Below are positions 18,557-26,553 of a DNA stretch of 31,964 bases, one piece after another. The notes beneath the pieces were generated by a model that ran no database searches, was not told the DNA's origin, and saw only the letters and a list, made by a program, of their open reading frames with translations. Made by a program: the position numbers and the translations under genes. Source of the DNA: a virus (Duplodnaviria; Caudoviricetes); the IMG/VR virus record IMGVR_UViG_3300006893_000132, positions 1-31,964 of that record. One strand, 5' to 3'. Each line of letters begins with the position of its first letter. Position 1 is the stretch's first letter.

Positions 18557-19806
18557 TTAGGCCGTGCCGAGCTTCGACAGCCCGACATGGGAGCCGGTGC
18601 GCACGCTTTCGTTGATCGTGCGCATGATGGTGCGGCCGTGATCGTTGAAGAATTGCTTGACGCTCCTCGAATCCATCGCCGTCACATTGAAATTCGCCGC
18701 ATGGTGGACATGCACGGTGCCGCCGCCGGGCGCATTGGCGGCGCCGGAGATGACGCCTTGCGCCCATGGCGTAACGCCGGCGGGCACGACCATCTCGCCC
18801 TTGTGCACCAAGGCCAGCATGTCGGACGGAAGGCTCCAGGCGCCGACGTCGAGGGCGCCGACGCTGGCGCCAACCGCCAGTACAGTTGCCTCACCCGCCG
18901 CCGCTGGTCGCCGCCGCAGGCCCCATGACAGGCGAGAGAAAGCCGAAGATGCCCGCGAAAGTCTCGCTTGCTGAGGCCATGATGCTTTTCAATACGCCGC
19001 CGATTGTGGATGCTATGCCCGCCGTTGACCCGGTGGCTTCCGCCCCGGTCCGCGCGGCCACGCCGGCCGTGACGGCGGCGGTTTTCGCCGCCTCTCCCGT
19101 GGTCGTAGCGGCGGTCTGCGCCGCGACGCCCGCGAGCCAATCAGCGACCGTTTTCACCCTGGCCTGAATGAAGCCTTGGATGATCTGCAAGAGGATATTC
19201 CGTGCCGCGTCGCGAAGTCTCAACTGCCCCGTGATCATGCCGGTGATCGAGGACGACACGGTTGAACCAATCTGCTCGAAACTGCGTCTATAGTCCGCAT
19301 AGATCTGCTGGTTGACATTGCGCTCGATTTCTTGCCTCCTAAGCGCGGATTGGCTGGCAAGTTCCTCGATCCGGCGCATAAGCAACGGTCCCTTGTTGAT
19401 ACGTGCTCTGCAGGAATTGGAGGTGCTGACGCTCGATGCCTTCACGTTGCGTCTCAAGCGCGAGAAGACTAGAAAGCTCTTCTTGGCGCGAGATTTGCGC
19501 CGTCTGGGCCTGTTCCTTGACGAGCGAGCTCTGCCCCTTCACGCCGTTCAAGGCGATATCATATCGGGTTTGTTCGTTTTGCCGCGCGATCGCGAGTTCG
19601 GTGTCGCTCGAGGTCTGCGCCGTTGTAATCTTCCGCGCCGCGTCGCTCGCGTAGGCTTGCGACAGCGAAGCGAACGTGGCGTTGATCTGTGCGGCACCGC
19701 TGCGCAACGCGCTGGTCGTTGCTTCCACCGCGGTTGTCGCTTGCTGCATCCCTTGTTGCAAGTCGGAAACGTCGGCGGTAAATTTTATCGTGACATCATC
19801 TGCCAT
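18557..19806 (-). pseudogene. Short tape measure protein (~415-420 aa) with two frameshifts (~19375, ~18905)
   Basis: Starts MADDVTIKFTADVSDL; Ala/Gln-rich helical middle; C-terminal DVGAWSLPSDMLALVHKGEMVVP...NVTAMDSRSV; lies upstream of the distal tail gene. Confidence 0.8.
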
Positions 19807-20059
19807 CTACCATGGTCCTTGCTTCCGGTGTGGATTCAATCCAGAACGCCGACCCGAGGATGCACAAGATGCCTGCATCCCCTTGAGATGGTCGATTACC
19901 CAACTCTCTGATGTCGATCAACGTGGCAATTAGACCGCTGTCGACAATACGGCTCGCCAACAAATGGTGGCCATCCACCGTGCCGGCGACGACCCTGCTT
20001 CTCCCATCATTCCGCGGAGGGTACGTGTGCATTCTGGTGATTCATGTTCCAGCGAATGG

Positions 20060-20650
20060 TCATTCGGTCACGACGTGCGTAGACTGCACGGCATGTTCCC
20101 CCGGATCGCGGACCGGACGGGTTGCCGAAACCTCAAGGATTCCGGGTTGGTCCCAATCGCCTTCCAGGCGCAAGATCACGTATGCCCCATTTTCTACAGT
20201 GATCGCATTAGGAAGAGGAGCTAAATCAACCACCATTTCGGTGTACTTGAATCCTGAAACCATGATTTTCTTATCATTGATCGGAATGCCGCCAAAGCGT
20301 GCCCAGAAACCTTCAAGACCCTCGCGAGCGGTCCCATAGATTCGTCGAAATCCTTTGCGGCGCACCAGATCGATGCCAGAGCTGACGAGTTCGGAAGCAA
20401 GCGCGGATTTTCTAAATCTTTTCAGAACAGCAAGCCGTTCTATTTTCGCGAAATCATAGAAGAACCGTATCCTTATGCACCCGGCTGGCTCATCGTCAAC
20501 GAACCCGATAAGTTGGGTTGCGCAGTGGTCATTACCGTCGAATTCTTCCGCGAACGGACAATATAAACAGCAGAACGAACCGAATAAACCATCAAAAGAT
20601 CGTCGAAGCTGCGCGCGATCCTGACCTCTGGACGGCGGCTACGTGATTAC
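20060..20650 (-). pseudogene. Degenerate paralogue of the GNAT gene at 21806-22462
   Basis: Conserved EVRIARSFDDLLMVY, EEFDGNDHCAT, RRKGFRRIY, EGDWDQPGILE; 13-bp deletion at ~20560 relative to ~22307-22319; 5' end eroded. Confidence 0.85.
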
Positions 20651-20942
20651 CGGCGAACGACGCCTTTCAGCGGCGCACACTCTATCGCTTCGTATCTCGC
20701 CACGCCTGAGACATGTCTTTTTACCCGAAGGCAATCGCATCAAAACATTTTGGTGCGATCCGGGCGACGACACACGGATTCTTCAGGATGGGGCTTAGGT
20801 CTTTTTCAAGCTTACAAAACACGCTCTTATACCAAGGAAACCGCCCTGTGATTTTGTGGCCCTCGGATTAAGCGGCTTGGCGCTCTGCCTGTTCGGGGGT
20901 GATATACGCGGGGGCGAAATGGAGCCTTTGGCGATTGTCGTA

Positions 20943-21176
20943 TCATTCCTCGCCGTTCAGTTCGTCGACGGCAGTCAAAAATTCCTCGCTCAGCTCCCTT
21001 GCCTTCGCCTCAAATTGCCGTTCAAGCTCGCGAAGCCGCGCTTCGAACCTGTAGCCCGCCTCGCGAAGCCGCACGACCTTGGCGCTAGCGTCGTTTCGAT
21101 TCGTCACCTCGTGCGACGGCAGGCCAGATACTGTCTTTGTGCCGAATTCGCCAGCGCAGCTAGAGCGTTTCATCAT
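20943..21176 (-). CDS. Small coiled-coil hypothetical protein (77 aa)
   Basis: GAAGGA RBS; C-terminal RLREAGYRFEARLRELERQFEAKARELSEEF. Confidence 0.55.
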   Translation of the reverse strand: MMKRSSCAGEFGTKTVSGLPSHEVTNRNDASAKVVRLREAGYRFEARLRELERQFEAKARELSEEFLTAVDELNGEE

Positions 21177-21414
21177 TGCCGTCCTTCGCGCGCGCAAGAA
21201 TGGCGGCGGCCCTCGTGCCAATATGGTCGGCCTGTCTCTCGCGTTTGAGTACGAGATCCGTATGCCACCGCGCTGCTTCGAGATGACGCATCCCATTTCG
21301 AAGAATTGCGCCTTGCAGATATTCGAGAAAGCACACCTTCCAGGAGCCGGTGAATCTGCTCAAGGCCTGCAACGACGGAATCGTGCTTTGGCCTTCGTTG
21401 TTTAAGTGCGCATT

Positions 21415-21662
21415 ATCGCCGGCGATTCGAACCGCGTACCGCCTAGTCAATGACAGGTGATCGAGACTGCGGGGTTTGCGCCTTGCAACCGCTTGGAGGA
21501 GATTGAAATCCATGTCCCACCCGTGAGAATTGGTTCCATTTGTCTCTAATGACTATTAATATAGTTTAGGAGATGGATATGTCGGAAACTTCACGACGGG
21601 GTGTTGCGGTCGTGCAATGGCAGATTGTGGTTCCTCCCGCTCAATGTCGTGGGATTACCTCT
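21415..21662. pseudogene. Remnant of the divergent junction: 5' end of gene X (minus, from 21513), intergenic region and 5' end of LysR (plus, from 21579)
   Basis: RKPRSLDHLSLTRRYAVRIA vs RKPRSLDHLPLTRRYAVRIA; MSETSRRGVAVVQ...SWDYL vs MAENPRRGGSVAQ...SWDYL. Confidence 0.85.
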
Positions 21663-21743
21663 TGCGCGACTCTCGCCGTCATCGCGGTCTCCGGACTTGG
21701 CGGCCGGGCCAATGGGTCATTCTCTTCGAGACCCGGTATTAGG

Positions 21744-21795
21744 TGAAAAATTCGAAATTCGAGCGAGGGCGACGCTGGTATATCCACAAGTCTGG
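21744..21795. repeat. 52-bp direct repeat of 22479-22530 (3 mismatches), matching the 3' end of gene X
   Basis: TGAAAAATTCGAAATTCGAGCGAGGGCGACGCTGGTATATCCACAAGTCTGG vs TGAAATATTCGAAATTCGAGCGAGGGTGACGCTGGTATTTCCACAAGTCTGG. Confidence 0.9.
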
Positions 21796-21805
21796 AGTAT
21801 GGTCA

Positions 21806-22462
21806 TTAGGTTGGGACGTGCGCGGGCTGCACGACATTTCCCCCAGGATCGCGGACCGGCCGGGCCGCCGAAATCTCAAGGATTCCGGGCCGGTCCCAGT
21901 CGCCTTCCGGGCGCAGGATTACGTAGCCGCCGCTGTTGAGCGTGATTGCATCCTGGCTGGGCTCCATTTCAAGCAGCATTTCCGTGTAGTTGAAGCCTGA
22001 GAAAGAAAGCTTCCTGTCACTTCCCATCGACGTTGCTCCAAAACCCGCATAAAAGCCCTCAAGACCTTCGCGCGAATGCGCATAGAGTCTTCGAAAGCCT
22101 TTGCGGCGCGCCAGATCGACGACGGAGCGGCAAAGCTCGGAAGCGAGGCCGGACTTCCGGAACTTTTTCAATACAGCCAACCGTTCGAATTTCACGAAGT
22201 CGTGGAAAAATCGCGCCCGGATGCAACCGGCCGGTTCTCCCTCGATAAACCCGATAAGATGGGTAGCGCAGTGGTCGTTCCCGTCGAATTCTTCCGCGAA
22301 CGGACACTCCTGTTCTGCAATATAAACGGCAGAGCGAACCGCATAAACCATCAAAAGATCGTCGAAGCTGCGTGCGATCCGGACCTCTGCACGGCGGTCG
22401 CTTTGCCGTTCGGCGACGACGGCATTTAGCTCCGGACGATCTATCGTCTTTGCGACGTTCAT
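21806..22462 (-). CDS. GNAT family N-acyltransferase (ElaA/YjcF-like), gene Y, 218 aa
   Basis: AVRSAVYIAEQECP..EEFD.ND..ATH...G.IR.....K.ERLAVLKKFRKSGLA; ATG overlaps the TGA of gene X. Confidence 0.85.
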   Translation of the reverse strand: MNVAKTIDRPELNAVVAERQSDRRAEVRIARSFDDLLMVYAVRSAVYIAEQECPFAEEFDGNDHCATHLIGFIEGEPAGCIRARFFHDFVKFERLAVLKKFRKSGLASELCRSVVDLARRKGFRRLYAHSREGLEGFYAGFGATSMGSDRKLSFSGFNYTEMLLEMEPSQDAITLNSGGYVILRPEGDWDRPGILEISAARPVRDPGGNVVQPAHVPT

Positions 22463-23058
22463 TGAAATGGCTCCAAGCTGAAATATTCGAAATTCGAGCG
22501 AGGGTGACGCTGGTATTTCCACAAGTCTGGCATGCCGAAGGCCCCCGCGACAAAACCGGTGTCTCGCATGAAGCGCATCCCACCGATCGTTGCTGGACGG
22601 GCAAAAATGTCGGCTTGCCGGTAAAGAGGGCGCTGAAGCCAGCGCATGACGTTACCCATGGCTCCAATCACGACCGCGGGGAGGCAAAGAGCCCAAAAAT
22701 AAATTGCCGCGGGCGGCTCCCCTGGAAGAATCAAGACGTCCACTTCCGGTGCGCCGTAGGAGAAGGTGCCGGATCGGAGCTGCGCAAACCCAGCAGAATT
22801 GAGATACAGAAGAGCTGCAGCCCCCACAATTCGCTCATCGCGAACGACAGCGAGCACGCTGCCTCGATGATGGCGATGTACCCGGCGCGCGGACTCGCAT
22901 CCATTGGCGATCCCGGGGATATGCCGTTCGGCCAATGCCGCAAGCTCTGGAAGCTCTTTGTCGTCGGCAATTCGCACCGCGTAGCGCCTGGTCAAGGGCA
23001 GGTGATCGAGACTGCGCGGTTTGCGCCCTGGAGACGCTTGGAGTCCATCGAAAACCAT
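22459..23058 (-). CDS. Hypothetical protein with probable degenerate GNAT fold, gene X, 199 aa
   Basis: Secondary-structure pattern VRIA..ELPEL, VLAVVRDERIVG..LL, AIYFWAL, ARPATIGGMRFMRDTGF. Start at 23058 is supported by the paralogue start at 21513. Confidence 0.65.
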   Translation of the reverse strand: MVFDGLQASPGRKPRSLDHLPLTRRYAVRIADDKELPELAALAERHIPGIANGCESARRVHRHHRGSVLAVVRDERIVGAAALLYLNSAGFAQLRSGTFSYGAPEVDVLILPGEPPAAIYFWALCLPAVVIGAMGNVMRWLQRPLYRQADIFARPATIGGMRFMRDTGFVAGAFGMPDLWKYQRHPRSNFEYFSLEPFQ

Positions 23059-23122
23059 TGCCGCCCCGCGAGAATTTGTGCAATATTGTCTGTCGAATAT
23101 TAGTATTGGTTCGGAGATTGAT
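23059..23122. promoter_or_regulatory. 64-bp AT-rich divergent promoter region, probable LysR binding site
   Basis: Lies between divergent starts; two AATATT palindromes (CAATATTG...GAATATTA); standard LTTR arrangement. Confidence 0.5.
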
Positions 23123-24211
23123 ATGGCGGAAAATCCACGGCGGGGCGGTTCGGTCGCGCAACGTAAGATTGTGGACACATCCCGCTCCGTGTCGTGGGAT
23201 TACCTCCGCCTCTTCCTAGCCTGTGCGGACAGCGGAAGCTTTCGGCGCGCCGGCAAGCGCTTGGCAATTGATGTGGCTACCGTGGTGCGACGAATCGACC
23301 GGCTAGAAGCCGCGATTGGACAGCGTTTATTCAATCGCCTGAATGCTGGCGTGACGCTAACCGACGACGGTAACTTGCTAGCCGCCGACGTGCGCGCCAT
23401 GGAACGGTGCAGCCTCGATATCATTCGCCGCACCAAAATCGTCGATGAGCGTGTACGCGGCGTGGTGCGCGTTGCAATCTCCGAGGGCCTGGGCACTTAT
23501 TGGTTAATGCCTAAACTCATCGAGTTCCAGTACGCTAACCGGATGCTCACATTCGAACTGAACTGCACCTTGGAATTGACAGATGTTTCCCGGTTGCAGG
23601 CCGACATTTCAATTCAGTTCAATCGGCCGTCTAACCCGGACATGATCGCAACACGCCTCGGCCGTCTGCACATCTTTCCATTCGTCGCCGAAAGCTATCA
23701 GCGGCTGTTCGGCCTGCCGGCATCATTGCACGATCTTCGTCACCATCGCCTGTTGCAGCAAGTCTCACCGCAACTTGAGGAATCTGTCTTTGTCGACAAA
23801 CTGAATTTGCACAATTTTGAAGGAGCGGTCAGCATCCGGACCAATTCGAGCTCGGCTTTGCTCTACGCCGTTGAACGGGGTGCCGGAATCGGGTTTCTGG
23901 CGACCTTTGCTCTCGCTTTGGGCGCACGTTTAGTTCCTGTGGAAATCAGATTTACTCACTTCCATGACATCTGGCTAACTTATCACCCGGACCTTAAGAA
24001 TTCCGTGAGACATATGGTGGTTGTCGGATGGTTACGCCGCGTTTTCGATCCCCAGCGCTATCCGTGCTTTAAGGACGAATTCATACATCCCGTCGCGTTG
24101 ATTGAGCAAATGGCCGAGACAGCAGCCCCAGTGTACGGGCGAGGGTTTATCGCCGCCGAGCCCGGCTTTGATGATGGCGCACGCAATGTGCGGGTAACCC
24201 CTGCCGGATAA
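23123..24211 (+). CDS. LysR family transcriptional regulator (362 aa)
   Basis: HTH WDYLRLFLACADSGSFRRAGKRLAIDVATVVRRIDRLE...LF.R...GV.LT..G; GVVRVA, ADISI, G.GIG; GGAG RBS before ATG 23123. Confidence 0.95.
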   Translation: MAENPRRGGSVAQRKIVDTSRSVSWDYLRLFLACADSGSFRRAGKRLAIDVATVVRRIDRLEAAIGQRLFNRLNAGVTLTDDGNLLAADVRAMERCSLDIIRRTKIVDERVRGVVRVAISEGLGTYWLMPKLIEFQYANRMLTFELNCTLELTDVSRLQADISIQFNRPSNPDMIATRLGRLHIFPFVAESYQRLFGLPASLHDLRHHRLLQQVSPQLEESVFVDKLNLHNFEGAVSIRTNSSSALLYAVERGAGIGFLATFALALGARLVPVEIRFTHFHDIWLTYHPDLKNSVRHMVVVGWLRRVFDPQRYPCFKDEFIHPVALIEQMAETAAPVYGRGFIAAEPGFDDGARNVRVTPAG

Positions 24212-24431
24212 TTACCCCAGGGCAAATCGAGTGAAGATGCGTTGACTGCACCCCGCATCGCCCGAAGAATTGTATCAGAACCCGCGTCAACACCGTCCCG
24301 AGCATGCCTGGGCTGGCATGACGTGCGTAATGAAGGGTTCGTGGACCATGCGCGTCCGGCCACTCCAAGACTCGTGCCATCGGATCTCGGGCACCGGATC
24401 TCGACGCCGGCATCACCCGATCGAAAGAAGC

Positions 24432-24746
24432 TCACCGACCGTCCGCCATCCGCACAAACCCGTCGGGAAACCGCGCGATAAGGCCGCCTATACCGCTCGG
24501 ATCGCTTTCACTCCTCATGATTGGCCGTTCTTGCTTTTGCTCGATGCGATACACGCATTTCAAGATCTCATGGGTCGGCGGAAAATCGCGCCAATACGCA
24601 AAGAGACCGAGTACGTCGTGCAACGTCATTTCATCGATCTCCGCGGGCGTGTAGCCACAACCGGTCATGAGTCGTGCGTAAATGAAGCTGAAATCGATGC
24701 GGCGGGCGGATCCTTTGCTCAGACACCGCCCGCTTGAGCTTCCCCC
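24432..24746 (-). CDS. Tail assembly chaperone, second (gpT-like) part, reached by -1 frameshift
   Basis: -1 frame is open from the GGGGGAA site to 24432: ...IDFSFIYARLMTGCGYTPAEIDEMTLHDV...YW...PP. Confidence 0.75.
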   Translation of the reverse strand, partial: GGSSSGRCLSKGSARRIDFSFIYARLMTGCGYTPAEIDEMTLHDVLGLFAYWRDFPPTHEILKCVYRIEQKQERPIMRSESDPSGIGGLIARFPDGFVRMADGR

Positions 24747-25042
24747 AGCCCGGCATCTCCTTGCGCCGGTGTTTCAATAAATCCACCAAGGCGCAAGACC
24801 GTCGCCATTGCGGCGCCGATTTCCGGCGCTGTCGCCTCGATGTCGCCGAGCGAGGCGGCCGCGTCGGCATGATCGCGCCCCAGCGCGATTGCGACAATAG
24901 CTAGTGCGGCCGCGACATTGCCTTTTGTCTCGGCGGCGCTCGACATGAGGATCGGTTCGATTTCTTGAACTTGGCGCAAAGTCAAAGGTCGCACCGGCCA
25001 CTCACGCGCGCCGAGCCGGATTGTCTCGGGCCGCGGCTGCAT
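24719..25042 (-). CDS. Tail assembly chaperone (gpG-like)
   Basis: Follows the tail tube gene; I.LG.REW.VRPLTLRQ motif; ends LGEAQAGGV with CTG GGG GAA. Confidence 0.8.
   Translation of the reverse strand: MQPRPETIRLGAREWPVRPLTLRQVQEIEPILMSSAAETKGNVAAALAIVAIALGRDHADAAASLGDIEATAPEIGAAMATVLRLGGFIETPAQGDAGLGEAQAGGV
24740..24746 (-). other. Programmed -1 ribosomal frameshift slippery site G-GGG-GAA
   Basis: In correct phase near the end of chaperone 1, with an overlapping open -1 frame; canonical position between tail tube and tape measure genes. Confidence 0.7.
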
Positions 25043-25043
25043 A

Positions 25044-25787
25044 TTAAGAGACCTCCGCGAACGACCAAGTCATCACGTTGCCCGCAGCATCGGCGAAGCA
25101 GGAGAAATCGAATTCCGGCATGATGAAATCTTCAAGCTTTGTATGGAAGCTCAATTTGTTCGATGTGCAATTATTGAGCCTCAACGAAATGGCCTGGCCC
25201 TGAAACGTCGTGTAGAAAAGCGCCTGGAAGGTCGGCGTCGTCCCGAGAAGTTGATTGGCCACCGTGAATTTTTGACCCGCGCCCCCCACCGTGTAAGTGT
25301 AACTCGCCAAGATGGCCTTGCCGGCGTCCGCCGAATTGAACGTATACACTCCGGTCGATGTGTTCACGGAATATTGCCCTGCTGCGGGGGTCGACGCCAC
25401 CAGGGTAAGCGGAAGACCGGTCGTCGCATAGAGGACGCCGGCATCGGCGACGAAGGTCGAGGAGTTAGCAACGGTAACTGTAAAGGGCGATGTGGCGGCG
25501 ACCGTATCCGCTTCAGCGAAAGACGTCGCAACCTGACCGGCGGTTGGTACGACACCATAATAAAGATTGGCAAAGGCCATGCCGGAAATGCGAGCGACCT
25601 TGGCTTTTCCCGTCGTCTTGATCGTCCCGCGAGCGATCGCCACGGGGCGCTGAAACTGGCCTGTGAGTTCCTTAATCGTCGCGGATTCGTCGATAGTGAC
25701 TTCCTGAACCAGGCCGAAATTGAGCGGCGTGGCGTTGGCGATGTCCGTGCGGGTTCCGAGCAGCACACCGGATCCGAAGGAATACAT
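25044..25787 (-). CDS. Major tail (tube) protein with inserted beta-sandwich domain
   Basis: FGLVQEVTID.S...KEL.GQ.Q.PVA.ARG...TGKAK; C-terminal K.EDF.MPEFDF..FAD..G; position in the operon. Confidence 0.8.
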   Translation of the reverse strand: MYSFGSGVLLGTRTDIANATPLNFGLVQEVTIDESATIKELTGQFQRPVAIARGTIKTTGKAKVARISGMAFANLYYGVVPTAGQVATSFAEADTVAATSPFTVTVANSSTFVADAGVLYATTGLPLTLVASTPAAGQYSVNTSTGVYTFNSADAGKAILASYTYTVGGAGQKFTVANQLLGTTPTFQALFYTTFQGQAISLRLNNCTSNKLSFHTKLEDFIMPEFDFSCFADAAGNVMTWSFAEVS

Positions 25788-25790
25788 GGG

Positions 25791-26000
25791 CTAAGTCTCC
25801 TTGATGAATGCGGCGAGCCGCGATTTCAAATCTTGCGTTGCGGCAAGTACGAGGTTCCAGAGTTCCGTGTCGTGGCCCAGCCGCGTGCTGTTAAAGCTCT
25901 CGCAATGCCAACGGTCGATTAGCGCGGCAATTTCAGCGTGGCGCTGGAGCTCGGGGGCAATGATCGCGCCCGGCGAGGCTAGGGCATCTCCTTCCGGCAT
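25791..26000 (-). CDS. Small phage hypothetical protein (69 aa)
   Basis: Fills the gap between tail terminator and tail tube genes; its 3' end supplies the AAGGAG RBS of the tube gene. Confidence 0.55.
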   Translation of the reverse strand: MPEGDALASPGAIIAPELQRHAEIAALIDRWHCESFNSTRLGHDTELWNLVLAATQDLKSRLAAFIKET

Positions 26001-26010
26001 CGACAGGCTC

Positions 26011-26241
26011 CTATGGGAGAACGATCTTCACTGGCACGATCAAGAGTGCGTCGCCGTCGAGATCGCCCGGGTACTTCAAAGCCTTGCCATCAATCCTGCA
26101 ATGGTAGGCCGTGCCATTCAGCGTGTTTCGTCCCAGCACACGGTCGCCTCCTGACAGCGCGAAGGCAGTATCGAGAGCGTCCATCACGCCATTGAGCAGC
26201 GCGGCGCCGACAATGCTTGGATCCTTGGCATTGAGATAAAC
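26011..26241 (-). pseudogene. Tail terminator-like gene, 3' half (IS-disrupted)
   Basis: VYLNAKDP...GRNTLNG.AYHCRIDG....PGDLDGDALLIVPVKIVLP; joins 28941-29164 in frame to give 148 aa. Confidence 0.85.
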
Positions 26242-26316
26242 GGTAGTGGGTCCATTTGAAATTCCGCCCTCTTGACGGTAGTGGAAAAGGTCTCGCAGCC
26301 GTGCCATATTAGCAGC

Positions 26317-26553
26317 ATGGCAAAGCACCCGAAGCGCCCGCGTGATCCGGCTCAGCTCGCAAAACTGATTGTGGACATTGCGACCGGCGCCGTTCAGGAT
26401 ACCCCCGAATCTGATAAGGGGCCAATGTCGGCTCTTGGTAGATTTGGCGGCTTGAAGGGCGGTCGCGCGCGAGCTGATAAGTTGTCTTCGGAGCGACGCG
26501 TGGAAATAGCTAAGCAAGCCGCTGCCGCACGGTGGCGGAAGAATGACGGCTGA
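26317..26553 (+). CDS. Small basic IS-associated protein (RPRD/GG.KGG.ARA type, often annotated histone H1-like or RNA-binding)
   Basis: MAKHPKRPRDPAQLAKLIVDIATG...LGRFGGLKGGRARADKLS.ERR.EIA..AA.ARW. Confidence 0.8.
   Translation: MAKHPKRPRDPAQLAKLIVDIATGAVQDTPESDKGPMSALGRFGGLKGGRARADKLSSERRVEIAKQAAAARWRKNDG

Noticed and set aside
21744-22530. 52-bp repeats as CRISPR repeats or att sites
   Set aside because: Only two copies, matching coding sequence of gene X; no cas or integrase genes nearby.
23021-23178. Overlapping extended starts for LysR (23021) and gene X (23178)
   Set aside because: The LysR RBS and the paralogous remnant support starts at 23123 and 23058, leaving a normal divergent promoter.
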